Below, piece after piece: positions 26,519-40,050 of a stretch of 64,000 nucleotides of DNA. The notes beneath the pieces are model-generated. The model was not told the origin of the DNA. It worked only from the letters and a program-made list of their open reading frames with translations, and made no database searches. The stretch is from Octopus vulgaris (lineage: Eukaryota). Location: contig OX597819.1 of NCBI GenBank assembly GCA_951406725.2, forward strand, positions 47,182,001 to 47,246,000. Direction: 5' to 3'. The number at the start of each line of letters is the position of its first letter. The stretch's first letter is position 1. Made by a program: the position numbers and the translations under genes.

Positions 26519-27050
26519 CCCATTGCCTGTCATGAGCCCCATTTGTGGCTCTGCTAAAAACAGTCTCACTACCTGTTGTTCGTTGAATCTAAAATGAATT
26601 ACTTATGCACATTGCATTTGCATAGGAGTGTTTAACAATATTTAGTAGTTAAAGTCTGTCATTATTAGCTCTGGCTAATTCTAAAGGACATTTTATGTCA
26701 TAAATCGCAATTTTTGAACTACAAAAATATTGACTATTTTGAAAACTTTTCTTCGTTTTTTTTTTTTTTTTTTGCATTTCCCATTTATATCATTCATTGA
26801 TATTTCATACACATTCGCATTTGATACTATAGTTTCAAAAAGAAACTAAAATGTTTATTATCGCAATTGAATAGAAAAGGATAAATATGCTTTTTTTTCA
26901 GCGATCCCTATTTGGGACTTTTCGAAAAATTTATCATAATTTCCAAAATAATTTACATGAGGAGAAAATTTAAATACTATATATTATTTTAGTTCCTAAA
27001 ACACCAGGGTAAGCCAAAAAATAGGAATAAAAAATTTGGCAGTTAATGGG
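26519..27050. mobile_element. piggyBac-like MITE
   Basis: TTAA|cccattgcctgtca ... tggcagttaatggg|TTAA: TTAA TSD, CCC/GGG termini, imperfect 14-bp TIR. Confidence 0.75.
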
Positions 27051-28779
27051 TTAAGCAGAGGGTATAATATTTTGAGATGAGCTCCGAGAGGGGTTTTTTT
27101 TCTGCTTTGTAAGAGGAGAGTCATATTCGGTCGAATCTACCCCTACTATATTACTGCTACTTAAGCTACTCTCTTCCTGGAGAATAAATAAATGATTAAG
27201 TTAACGAACCATTGCGCTAGCCTCTATGTCAGTAGTTTTGAACTGTGGTTCCCAGGGCCGCATGAAGCCCTCCTCTATAAAATTCTTCTTTAAATGACTT
27301 GTTTTACCTTTTTTTTTTTACTTTTTTGTGCGACCCCCTAAAAAAGTCCAAGTTTTGGATCTAGCTTGGATATTAAAAAAGTCAAGAACCACTAGGTCGT
27401 TGTTCCTCCTGCTAGAAATAGACCACCACCCCACCCCCAAGTATCCCTCAAATAACGACCTAACATCTCAAAAATGAAGGACATTTCACATTGGATATTG
27501 TAGTTCTAAGAAAAAGAAAAATGGGAGGCGTCACAAATAGAATATTTTGATGGACACGGTTCAACAATAACAACGAAAACAACATCAACAATAACGGTAA
27601 AATTAATCTGATTGAGGGAGAACCAAAAAATGCGAACCACAGCAGAAGAGTGCGTTTGCCTTAAAGTATCTACTTCAGTTCTATTGCCTGTGCCATCTCG
27701 TTCACCATAATATATTTAAATAATGCGTTCTTAATTAGGTTCGAAACCTTAAATAAGTAGAGTTAAGTGTTTGGCCGGAGGGTATACAAGTCAACGCCCG
27801 CAGTCTGAGGAGTGATGCGAAATAATTAGGCCATTTCGACTTTAGAAAAAGGGGAAGAAGAAAAAAAAGATTTGATTATTTTGACATTGTTACAGGAAAA
27901 CAAAAGTATACTTATCGCATAAAGCTACAAAATGTTACAACAGACCTAGAATGTCTCCAGGATATACAGTTGTGTTTTAATACGCAGTTTCTGAGCCCTT
28001 AGTTTAGCAGAGCCTTGTTTTCTCTCCCAGCCCCCCTCCATAATGAAACGGAATAGGGAAGCATAAAGAAAAATCAAAAAAAAAATCGTGTTAAAAGAAA
28101 GAGTATATCTATTGTCCCAAGAAGAAATGCTACGAGATTCTTATAACAAGATTTTATTTAATGTACGAGGTTACAACGCAACATCTGGTTTAAGTAAAGA
28201 GAAGAACTCGCCCGTTGCGGAAAGTTATATTATTTAAGAAAAACAGAATCAAAGGCATTCATTTTCCTTTAAGAAAGAAAAAAACAATGAACTTCCTTTT
28301 CTGCCTTAGAATTAGCGAATATTTACAGTACTCTGTTAAATTAGTAAAAATTAACAGTATTAACAGGGCTAATGACTTTATTAAAAGGCTTGTAGGGACG
28401 CGGTATTTCGTTATACAACTATAATATACTACAAAGTATATTAAACGTTTTTATAAGTCAATACTGTTTTACCAGTGTTATTTTGTCACTTGTTAAGATT
28501 ATCTTTACCAATATACAATAGAAGTTAGAGCCAGCACTGATTTTTGCTACGACGTTTCGTATCCGAGACACCTGAATAAACAAACAATGAAATCGAAGAT
28601 GTATATGCCATATTTCGGTGGGGGCTTGCCCCTTCATAAGCTCCCATCTAACCCCTTAATCATCTACGAACACATTACTTACATAGCCACTAAATACAGC
28701 AGTGTAACGTTATTGAATATACCAATTTTACGTATTAAACACAGTTCTGGAAGCTGGGACGTAAATATTAATAACGTGT

Positions 28780-28900
28780 AGTGACGCTATTTTGGAAGTT
28801 TTCAGCGCGCATGCACAGAGTTGGATTACTTCCGGTATGCCGCCGGAAATTCCCTCATGCGCATGTGCAGAGAACTGCCAACAGAAAGTTTTCCCGATAG
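28780..28900. promoter_or_regulatory. Promoter-like CpG-containing island with NRF1-like and ETS-like motifs
   Basis: gcgcgcatgcac, acttccgg, ccggaaat and tgcgcatgtgc within ~65 bp, symmetrically arranged. Confidence 0.45.
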
Positions 28901-29764
28901 ATCGGTCTGTTTTTTTAACCTGCAGCCCACTTTTTTCTGCAAAATAAGGGTAGCTTATCCTGTTCAGGCTATATCATTGGCATTATCCTGCGTTTGAGAA
29001 TTTAAAATCACCTCTTTAACTTTCTAAGACATCTCAACGCTTCTAAAGCAAACTTCGTTTGTTTGTTTACGTTCATCGTAATTTGAATTTATGCTATAAA
29101 GTATATTAAACGCTTTTATAAACCAATACAATGTTCTACTGTGTTAGCAGTGCGCTTTACAGTGCTGACTATAATTTCTAAAGAATATCTGAAGAGATAA
29201 CCTTAACAAGTAATTTACTTAAAAGGGTAGCGGTCGCTAGCATACACGGTGTACATCTCGAGTCCTAGGACCCATAGGGCTACTTACCTGGTTTCCATGG
29301 TTATCTATTTACCTGGTTTCCACAGTTACCTGGTTATCTGGTTACGATGGTGAATAAGTGGCCGAGATCATAATATTCTCCCGTCGGTGCTACTTTGGTA
29401 TGCGATCTACGTGTCATGAAACTGCTTTGGTATGCGATTTACACTTGTGATCTACAAGAAAAGTTGTACTTACCAAAAACAAGGAAATCACCTGTATCGG
29501 TTTCGAATGTCTTTTTAATAATAAATGTATCAAATAATAAATTTTGATAATAAATGTATTAACGATAAAATTAGTTAAACTTGTTTCAAATTTGCTTCAT
29601 TCTAATTTCTTTTTAATGATAAATGTATAAAATATATAAAAATTTTAATTCTCTATTTTTGACTTTTCTAGCTGATGTTCGTTCATTTCGCCCGTTCATT
29701 CGATTCGCCCATAAAATTAGTAAACTTGTTTCAAATCTGTTTCATTTTAATTTTTTTTAAATAT

Positions 29765-29927
29765 AGGCGTAGGAGTGGCCGAGTGATAAGTAGCTTGCTC
29801 ACCAGCCACATGTTTTCGGGTTCAGTCCCACTGCGTGGCACCTTGGCCAAGTGTCTTCTAATCTAGCCTCGGGTCGACCAAAGCCTTGTCAGTGGATTTG
29901 GTAGACGGAAACTGAAAGAAGCCCGTC

Positions 29928-29963
<36 letters not shown>

Positions 29964-30062
29964 AAATTCAAAATGCGATAAAATGAAATTAATTATTTTC
30001 GCTGGTGTTTCTAGCACCGGCCATAAATTATTCATATATAAGTAGATTAAAGGCACAATTGA

Positions 30063-30150
<88 letters not shown>

Positions 30151-30360
30151 GTATATATGTTTGTGTGTCTGTGTTTGTCCCCCAACATCGCTTGACAACC
30201 GATGCTGGTGTGTTTAGGTCCCCGTCACTTAGCGGTTCGGCAAAAGAGACCGATAGAATATGTACTAGGCTTACAAAGGATAAGTCCTGGGGGGGCGATT
30301 TGATTCGACTAAAGGCGGTGCTCCAGCATGGCCACGTTCAAATGACTGAAACAAAAGAGT
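29765..30360 (+). mobile_element. SINE family B, full-length, with internal (TA)n expansions
   Basis: aggcgtaggagtggccgagtgataagtagcttgc..; tail ggcggtgctccagcatggcc..aaatgactgaaac. Confidence 0.85.
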
Positions 30361-31061
30361 AAATGTACAAAAATGTAAGACTGTTTTATTTAAGCCATAA
30401 TAAATAAATTAAACATGTAGACCGCATACTAAAGTAGCATTTGACTCTTGTAGATCATGTTGGTCACGTAGATCACATACCAAAGTAGTACCGTCCTGTC
30501 TATTATAGGATTGTTCGTTTACAGCTGAGTGGACTGGAGCAAAGTGAAATGAAGCGTTTTGTTCGAGCACACGACGCACTCTATCCTCCGTCCTGGAATC
30601 GAAATCACGATATTGCGATCGTGAGGGCAACACCCTAACCACTAGGCCACGCGTCTTCCTGCATGATGTAGTACACCAATAACCGCAATAACAACAAATC
30701 GATTAATAATAACAACACAATCAATGATTGATCCTCTATGTGGTCACTTGACATGTTAGAAATAGCAGCCAATCCCTTTAATTCTCACCGTACCGTCCGA
30801 AATATAAAAAGTTGACCTCATAGCACATTCTTTATCTTTTACTTGTTTCAGTCAGTAGACTGCGGCCATGCTGGGGCACCACCTTGAAGAACTTTTTTAA
30901 GTTGAATGAATTGAGCCCAGTACTTTTTTCTTTCTTTTTTTTTTAACTCATGGTACTTATTCTACCGCTCTTTTACCGAAGTGTTAAGTTACGGGAACGT
31001 AAACACACTAACACCGTTAGTGTTATTAGTTATTAAGTGGGGGGTCAAACACAAACGCACA

Positions 31062-31114
<53 letters not shown>

Positions 31115-31542
31115 CGGGCTTCTTTCCGTTTCCGTCTACCAAATCTACTCAAAAGGCTTTTGTCGGCCCGAGGCAAGAATAGAAGACACTTTCTCGAGGT
31201 TCCACGTAGTGGGACTGAACCTGGAACCATGTAGTTGGAAAGTAAACTTCTTACCGCACAACCACGCCTACAAGACAACTTCTTTTTTTTTTCACCTCAA
31301 CTGGTCCTTATTTACTCAACGTTATCCTAAAAGAAATCGAAGAAGAAAAAAACCCGTAACATTCAAACGGTACCTGGATAAACTCCTGCAACAAATGCCA
31401 GACAAACACACAGATACATTTCGACAAGCAACAACTCCCTTCTTGAGTGGGTTAAGGAGTCCCAAAACATGACGTCAAATCCAGATGAAGCAATTGGGGT
31501 AAACATGGTCTGGGTTAATAATAATGGCCGAAATCTAAGTCA

Positions 31543-31905
31543 TCTCTATATATATAAACGACAAAATGTCTGTGTGTGTGTCCTTTATACAAATCCACAA
31601 TTTTTCAGTTAGAGGGCTCGCACTTTCTATGGTCATTCAAAATCGTCCAAGGGTGGGCGTGCACATCTTTACATTTCCCCAGTCACCCTGCAAAGCCATT
31701 AAAAATCAATAGAAGTGACTTTTTTGTGAATTTTCTATCCAAAACCCAATCAAAATGCCCGAATCTCGATACGCCAATTGAATGCCAGCTAGCTGTATGT
31801 GATTGGTTGGAGATTTGGACAGTACTCGCGTGTATGTGCGCACGCACGCAGCTGTATATGCATGCACTAGCATTATGACCCGGCGTTGCCGGGTCATAGT
31901 GCTAG
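31543..31905 (+). mobile_element. Complete non-autonomous Helitron (363 bp)
   Basis: A|TC 5' end, subterminal hairpin tatgacccggc-gtt-gccgggtcata (31874-31898), CTAG|T 3' end, no TSD. Confidence 0.85.
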
Positions 31906-32947
31906 TCTCAGTTAAAATGTCGAAGTTGTTTCCCCTGTTTTACAAATGACAAAGGTTTCGCAAATTGATAAAGAGACATTTAAGGCGCGTGGCTTAGTGG
32001 TTTGGGTGTTGAATTCATGAACGTAGGAAACTGGTTTCGATTCCTGGACGCGTTGTGTTCTTGAGCAAAACACTTCATTTCACGTTGCTCCAGTCCGCTC
32101 AATTGGCAAAACGGAATAATCCTGCATCGGACCGACATCCTGTCCAGTAGGTGAATATATACGCCGGGAAACTGACCCTTATGAGTCAGCATGACTCAAG
32201 AAGATAACTTCTTTTTTTTTTTAGTCCGCATCAGGTACGAATTTTACTGGACCCTGGACAAAAGAAAAACGAAGCCTACTTAGGCAGAATTGAACTCAGG
32301 GTGTAGAAAGAAGAGGAAATGTTGAAAGGGATTTTGGCTTGACAGCCCAACCCCCTTTTGTTACCATCGTCATCCCCACCATCATCAACTTTTCTTTCTA
32401 ACTGTAACAACAACAACAACAGGAAATGTTAGCGTTTTTAGACCATGGTAAAAACTGATTGAGCAAAATTATAATCAACGATATTCCAGCCATGATCATC
32501 CATCCAATCTACATTAGAACATGTAGGACTATATTATATAGTGTGTCCTGTATCTATTTCGGATGGTGTGGTGTAAAATGAGGCGAAATAGAATTGCTTG
32601 CTATTTCTAGCATCTCGTGTGACCACGTAGAGGTCCTTCGTTGATCGTGCTATTGTAGTTATAATAATGATAATCTTTTCTACTATAGGCAGAAGGCCGG
32701 AAATTCTGGGGTAGGGTGTGAGCTGGTTACATCGACCCCAGCACCCAACTGATACTTATTTTATCGACCCCCCCTCCCCCGAAAAGGATGAAAGGCAAAG
32801 TCGACCTCGGCGGAATTTGATCTCAGAACATAATGGCGAACGAAATGCCGCTAAGCATACTGTCCGGCGCAGTAACGATTCTACCACCTCACCGCCTAAT
32901 AATTTCTATTATTATTGTTGTTGTCGTTGTTGTTGTTGTTGCTGTTG

Positions 32948-33217
32948 TTCTTCTTCTCCTTCTTCTTCTTCTTCTCCTTCTTCTCCTCCTCCTCCTCCTT
33001 CTTCTTCTTCTTCTCCTTCTTCTTCTTCTGCTTCTTCTTCTTCTTCTCCTCCTTCTTCTTCTCCTCCTTCTCCTCCTCCTTCTCCTCCTCCTCCTCCTCC
33101 TTCTTCTTCTTCTTCTTCTTCTTCTTCTTCTTCTTCTTCTTCTTCTTCTTCTTCTTCTTCTTCTTCTTCTTCTTCTTCTTCTTCTTCTTCTTCTTCTTCT
33201 TCTTCTTCTTCTTCTTC
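32948..33217. repeat. (TTC)n/(TCC)n polypyrimidine microsatellite
   Basis: Seen directly. Confidence 0.95.
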
Positions 33218-33439
33218 AACCCCAAGTCAGCTCTCATCAAACAGACTTATTGTATTCCAACCGTAACCAACCTGTCTTATAATCTTACTTATTTATTCAG
33301 ATAACTCTCTAAAGTATTTCTGTGATCACTTCTACAAATGCCACTATCTTTTCAAGATAGTAAGGTGTGAGTTCAAAGGAAAATTTGGCTGCTGTTTCTA
33401 ACAGATCGAGCGGCCACGTACGAGTCTTTCTCTCTCCTC

Positions 33440-33516
<77 letters not shown>

Positions 33517-34026
33517 TCTCGTTAGCTCGGCTCGGCTCGGTGGTAGTTAAGCGGTAACATGTGATGACGTAACATCGAACTCCAAACGAGAGTGACCATA
33601 GCCAAGATCATATTTCACTGGCTGTAAAACTATTTCTAGTAGACTGGTCAGTGGGAAACATCAAATTTAATGAGATATTAGATCAAAAGTTGCAAACGTC
33701 CGTTATTCAACGACCAACATAACTAATGATTATTTTTATTAATCCCCAATGGAAAGGAGGAAGCCAGTTCAAACAGACTCGTCCCTATTGAGTGAGATGT
33801 TAAAACTGACCAGTCGGATATGGACGATCATCAAGTGAGGCAACGTTCATGGTAACTCAATTATATAAGTTTTCAATGCTATTTGTTGGGTGCAGATATT
33901 ACCGAGCTACACGTGACCTCCAAGTAGATGATGTTAGCTTTTGGCGAATTGGCAGAATCGTTAGAGCGTGGGAGAGAGTGTTTCGTAGTATTTGTTCTGA
34001 CATTCGGTGCTCTGGGTTCAAATCCC

Positions 34027-34294
34027 TGTCGAGGTCAATTGTGCCTTTTATGCTTTTATTCTTTTTCTTTAACTCGTTTCAGTCATTTGACTGCGGCCAT
34101 GCTGGAGCACCGCCTTTAGTCGAACTTAGTGGTTCGGCAAAAGAGACCGATAAAATAAGATCTAGGCTTACAAAGAATAAGTCCTGGGTCGATTTGGTTC
34201 GACTAATGGCGGTGCTCCAGCATGGCCGCAGTCAAATGACTGAAACGAGTAAAAGAAAAAGAATAAAAGCATAAAAGGCACAATTGACCTCGAC

Positions 34295-34295
<1 letters not shown>
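34027..34295. repeat. Near-perfect 99-bp inverted repeat (arms 34027-34125 and 34197-34295) built from a SINE B tail plus flank
   Basis: tgtcgaggtcaattgtgccttttatgc..gtcgaac versus gttcgac..gcataaaaggcacaattgacctcgaca. Confidence 0.9.
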
Positions 34296-34359
<64 letters not shown>

Positions 34360-34689
34360 TACGACAGGCTTCTCTCAGTTTCTGTCTACCAAATCTACTC
34401 ACAAGGCTTTGGTCGGCTCGAGGCTATAGTAGAAGACACTTGCCCAAGGTTCCAAGCAAGCTATTTACCACATAGCCACTCCAGCGCCTATAGTTTAGTT
34501 ATTATTTTTTTTTTTTTTTTTTTTTTTTTGGTGCTAACATGGCTGTATGGTTAAGAAGCTCGATTGGCAACCACGTGATTTTCGAGTTCTGATCCACTGC
34601 GCCGGTCTCTGAGCAAGCGTCTTCTACTACAGCCCCGAGGTGACCCTCATGAGTTAATATGGTAGATGAAAACTGTGTGTAAGCCAATC

Positions 34690-34772
<83 letters not shown>

Positions 34773-35477
34773 CGTGCGTCCCTGTCATCTAGCTGCGTCC
34801 CTGTCTTCTAGCTGCGTTCCTGTCATCTAGCTGCTCGGCAAAAGCGTGCGATAGAATAAGTACCAGGCTTTAAAAAAAATAACTACTAGTATCGATTCGT
34901 TCGATTAAAAATTCTTCAAGGCGGTGCCCCAGCATGGCCGCAGTCTAATAACTGAAACAAGTAAAAAAGAAAAACAGATAAAAGATAATCACATCGAGAG
35001 AATTAAAATCAGGGCACAATATACTTCGCACACAAGGATCTGAAAGAGTAACGTAACTAAGGGTGAGGATGTGAAGGTATAGTCGGCCCCGGCCGACGCT
35101 TATATGGAGAAGGCATTTTTGGGTCTGCTGCATAAGCCTGTATGGGGATGAGGCTGGGTGCCGCTCACCCCAGCCCCCTATGCAGGAAATCTCAAAGACT
35201 TGCCCCGACGACACACGCTCAGGCCATTCCACTGATCTGAAGTGACCAGGTGCAGCGCCATGCTTCGATGCAAAACAACTCGGTCTGTGCCGTACAGTCC
35301 GCCTAACAACCTCAGGATTCTCCAGTGTTAGGGATGTCCTCACTGCATCTGATTGAGGTTGTTGTTGTTATTGTTGTTGTTGTTGTTGTTATTGTTATTG
35401 CTGCTGTTGTTGTTGTTGTTGTTGTTGTTGCTGCTGCTGCTGCTGTTGTTGTTGTTGTTATTATTATTATTGTTATT

Positions 35478-36031
35478 GAGTCAGAGAGCAGTGCATGCCA
35501 TCAAAGTGACACTGAAGTAATATATACGAAGCCCAGTATACCCATCATGATTACCCGTGTGATAAGGGTACACCAGGCACATGCATCGCAACCATATATG
35601 CGCGACATGGTGATCTCATATCAAGATAAACAGCACATGACCTTGCAGGTGGGGCCCAGTTAGAATTTTCTTCGGGTTGAGTAGCCCATCCCGCTCAAAA
35701 GGTCCCTGAATAAGGGGTGTTTAAGGATGTTGAAAGAACCACCCATGTTTCCAGAGGTGAATTATTCAAACCCCAAAGAATCCCTCTCAACACATGGCTA
35801 TGATGCTCCCCCACTACTTCTGCTCGTGATCAGAGATGCACATATCGTCAGCCACTAAGGGACATGCTCAACTGGTTAAGGTCAAACAACTGACAAGCAA
35901 ATCTGTGGTATTGAACAGAATATTTGCTGTATCCCATCTTTTATACCAAGACAAAACAATGTACATGATAACACTTCCAATCAGTTAAGATCAGAAGCCA
36001 TGAGAGCCACTGCCTGGTACTGCATCAGGGC

Positions 36032-36032
<1 letters not shown>
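35478..36032 (-). mobile_element. 555-bp TAA-targeting element, full-length
   Basis: Colinear with 9933-10487. Confidence 0.9.
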
Positions 36033-36088
<56 letters not shown>

Positions 36089-36137
36089 TATTATTACTAT
36101 TATTATTATTATTACTACTACTACTATTATTATTATA

Positions 36138-36173
<36 letters not shown>

Positions 36174-36187
36174 GCTATTATTAATAC

Positions 36188-36233
<46 letters not shown>

Positions 36234-36728
36234 GAGTGAGAGAGCAGTGCATGCCATCAAAGTGACACTGGAGTAATATATACGAAGCCCAGTATACCCA
36301 TCATGACTACCCGTGTGATAAGGGTACACCAGGCACATGCATCACAACCATATGTGCGCGACATGGTGATCTCATATCAAGATAAACAGCATATGACCTT
36401 GCAGGTGGGGCCCAGTTAGAATTTTCTTCTGGTCGAGTAACCCATCCCGCTCAAAAGGTCCCTGAATAAGGGGTGTTTAAGGATGTTGAACGAAACACCC
36501 ATGTTTCCAGAGGTGAATTATGCAAACCCCAAAGAATTCCTCTCAACACATGGTTATGATGCTCCCCCACTACTTCTACTCGTGATCAGAGATGCACATA
36601 TCGTCAGCCACTAAGGAACATGCTCAACTGGTTAAGGTCAAACAACTGACATGCAGAATATTTGCTGTAGCCCATCTTTTATACCAAAACAAAACAATGT
36701 ACATGATAACAATTCCAATCAGTTAAGA
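36234..36728 (-). mobile_element. 555-bp TAA-targeting element, second tandem copy, truncated
   Basis: Separated from the previous copy by ~200 bp of (ATT)n. Confidence 0.88.
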
Positions 36729-36808
36729 ATTTGAAACCATTATTTTAATTATTTATTCATTACTACTCTAGGCGTAGGAGTGGCTGTGTGGTAAGTAGCT
36801 TGCTAACC

Positions 36809-38873
36809 TTTGTCGGAGACGGACGTGTTTGTTTTTAGCGGAGAGTTCTTGCTGCTTGATGTCACGTCTTTCGTCGTGAAATATTGAACTTTGAGGCTCG
36901 ACTACAGGTAGGCGTTTGTTGTATTTTTTTTAGGGCATAGTGGAGTTTGTTGCCCTGTATTTAATATTTTTTGGTGAGTAATAGACTCCACTCTGCTCCA
37001 GACATTTGCCTGCCTATGGTCGTCCATAAAGACTCACTTTGCAGTGAGAATTGTGTTTTTAAGGAGGCGTAGCCCCTCCGCAAAAATTAATTTGTTTACA
37101 AAAATTGTCTTCGTGTCTGTGGATTTCCACTGGAGTACCAAGGCAGGAAGGACTGTTTTTGCAAGGTGAACGTGAGTGTGTTGGCTCTGTCTAATATTGA
37201 ACTGAAAGAAAAAAGAACAACATCAGCATAAGACCGTAGAGGTTGGTGGATTTGTTTTCGGTTGAGCTGGGTGTAATTTGTCAAATAGTAATTGTCTGTG
37301 TGTTGATAAATTTCGCCCAGCTCCGTGGCAATTCTGCCTGCTGTCGGGGGCTGCTGTTTGTTGGTTTTTGTATTGGAAAAAAAAAGGGGGCGTATCTTCG
37401 CCCGGACTTACTGGATTTTGCCATTGAAACTTGTTGAAGTTGGCCAGGAGTACCTGTTGGCCATTGATGTTTGCTGTGTGAACTGTTTTTCTTTTCTCTA
37501 TCCTTCTGTTTTTTTCTTTCTTTTGAGGGCTGGGTACTAGTCGCGTCGACTGGATCCGGTGCGCGCAGACGCGCGTCCGCGCTAGCCAGTCGTAGGTAGT
37601 CGATCCTACAGCGACTTGCGTATGCAAAGAGCAGATTGGCGCAACACTGCAAAAACTAAGTTAATAGCGAGCCCCTACTAAAACTTAGGAAATATTTTTC
37701 AACGATATACGGTGTATATTATTTTAAAGACAATTGCGTTTTTTTTTCGTTACAAAACAATTAGAAGCATTGAAAAAAAAAAAGCAAAACAACCTTAAGG
37801 ACAGTCAAACATTTTTTTTTTTTCAAAGTAGACCACTACAGGCGACAATTCACTTGTGTTTACTTTGAATAGCTACGGCAAACTTCGTTAACCATTCAGC
37901 TATGCTCGTTCTCTTTCAACTGGAATTTAACCCTGACCAGCCCTAAATTATTAGACATTTTGGTCGTGGCCATCCCGCTTTGTTGTAAATCCAATACTGC
38001 ATTGTTCAGTTTGACTTTTTAAAAAAATTCGGCTGCTATTTCTAACAGCTCGGTGGAAGATATCTCTTGACCGAAGTTGTACAAGGTCTGTGTTTGCTCC
38101 TTGTTTTCAGACGCGCAGGTTGCGGGAGAGGAGGAGGACCCGCCCCCGGGTGTGCCGGTGGAGGCTCCGACTCCCGCACCCGTAAGAAGGAAAAAGAGAA
38201 GGAAGAGAAACGGGAGACGGCCGGCGGATAACGCTGTGCCACCGACTGAATCCGATGCTCCTCCGGTGGAAGGTGTGCCACCGGAGCGAGAGGCTCTGTC
38301 AGTGGGAATTGTGCCACTGACAGAGCGTGCTGATGCCCCTCTCCGTGAGGAGGACGTGACACCCGTCGCTTTCTATCTCAGGGAAGGGCCTATCGAGAAG
38401 TGCTTGGACGGTCTTCCAGGCCAAGAGCGATTGGACTCGGTTTGTATAGACTGTCCAGACTGGCCTCCGCAGGTGGATGCGGACGTCGTGAGTCAGAAGG
38501 AGGTGTTCGAGGTCATGGTGACCTGTAAAAAGGAAGATTTTGCTTTCCTCTTTCCGGGCCCCGACCTGCCGATGCAGGCTTTCCTGCAGGCGGCGTGTCA
38601 TTTGCTTAGGGACTCCGATAAGGAAGATTGATCTTATAGATTGTCTGTATATTGAATAATTTATTATATATATTTGTAATGGACTATTAAGTCCAATAAT
38701 TGTCGTCTTTGATGGGAAAAAAGAACAATGTTTTAGAGAAGCAGAAAATCGGCGGGCGTTTTCTGCCTTCTCTCATCAATATCATCCTTGTTTCATCATT
38801 CACCTCATCAATGGATATGTCCAGCCCGCAAGCTGCTCTTTCTAATGCCTTTATGGCAAATCTTAATGAAATA
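36809..38873 (+). mobile_element. 2065-bp insertion of unknown origin inside a SINE B head, flanked by a 16-bp TSD
   Basis: Left aagtagcttgctaacc (36793-36808), right aagtagcttccttacc (38874-38889). The SINE head precedes the insert and the SINE body resumes after it; AATAAA lies at the right junction. Confidence 0.75.
38111..38631 (+). CDS. Putative terminal coding exon of an orphan protein (basic NLS-like patch, acidic/Pro-rich region, CxxC)
   Basis: Non-repetitive GC-rich open frame of ~173 codons after the acceptor ttgttttcag; RRKKRRKR and CIDC present. No upstream ATG exon identified. Confidence 0.45.
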
Positions 38874-39017
38874 AAGTAGCTTCCTTACCAACCACATGGT
38901 TCCGGGTTCAGTCCCACAGCGTGGCACCTTGGGCAAGTGTCTTCTACTATAGCCTCGGGCTATAGTAGAATCCACTTGTGAGTGGATTTGGTAGACGGAA
39001 ACTGAAAGAAGCCCATC

Positions 39018-39107
<90 letters not shown>

Positions 39108-40050
39108 TTGTGTGTCTGTTTGTCTCTCCAGCATCGCTTGACAACCGATGCTGGTGTGTTTATGTCCCCGTAACTTTGCAGTTCAGCAAAAGAGACCGAT
39201 AGAATAAGTATTAGGCTTACAAAGAATAAGTGGTGGTGGTGGTGGTGAAAGTATTTAGCTCAAGGTAAAAGCTTGAACGAGTAAACATACGACTAAAGGC
39301 ATTCCAGCCGTGGTCACCCCGTCTTTGTAAGAGTATGCAGGACGACATTAATTATTGATTACTTTGCTTGATAAAGATCGCTTTTAAACAAGGAGATAAA
39401 TTGGAGATAAATTGCCGGCATATCGATACTATACGACATAGTTTCAAATACTCCGTTCATAGTTTTTCGTTTAACTTTCACCAGTAATGCTTATGGAAAT
39501 GCATGAATGTCACAAAATCAATACATACCGCTTGGCTATAACAATGTTAAACCTTTGCCTGTCCTATGCATCTATCACATGTGTTGCACAGGACATATTT
39601 CCCTAACGGCCATGCATCATATATAACACACATTTCCAATATGTTTCCAACCATCAGACTAGTTTCGAACTTGTGAAAGGAATGGTTTATATTACTCAGA
39701 ACGCAGCAATAGCAGCTGAAGCTCCTTCAAATCACACTCAATGAAAGGACATACTGGATAATGCAGTCATAGTTATACCTCTAAAAAGAAAAAAAAATCA
39801 AGACGTGTTGTTCACGGTTGGAGCACCTTTAGTCATTAGTTGTCGTGATCAGAACTGATCTGGAGCTAAACTTCTACTATTACTGCTGCTACTGCTGCTG
39901 CTCGACGTCGATGACGACTGAACATCAGATGTTACCAAATGTCGATTTTATTTATTAGCACCCATTTCCATTTATTTCTAAGAGAGAAAAAAATGAGACT
40001 TTGCGATGTTCAACTTTTTCTCAATACAATCAAAATTTTCCGTTAAAGGG

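Noticed and set aside
29281-29291. tacttacctgg resembling the U1 snRNA 5' end
   Set aside because: Downstream sequence lacks U1 stem-loops and the Sm site; it is part of a local ttacctggtt repeat
34990-35350. 132-aa minus-strand ORF in a GC-richer patch
   Set aside because: Most likely an eroded LINE 3' remnant; no start context or recognisable domain
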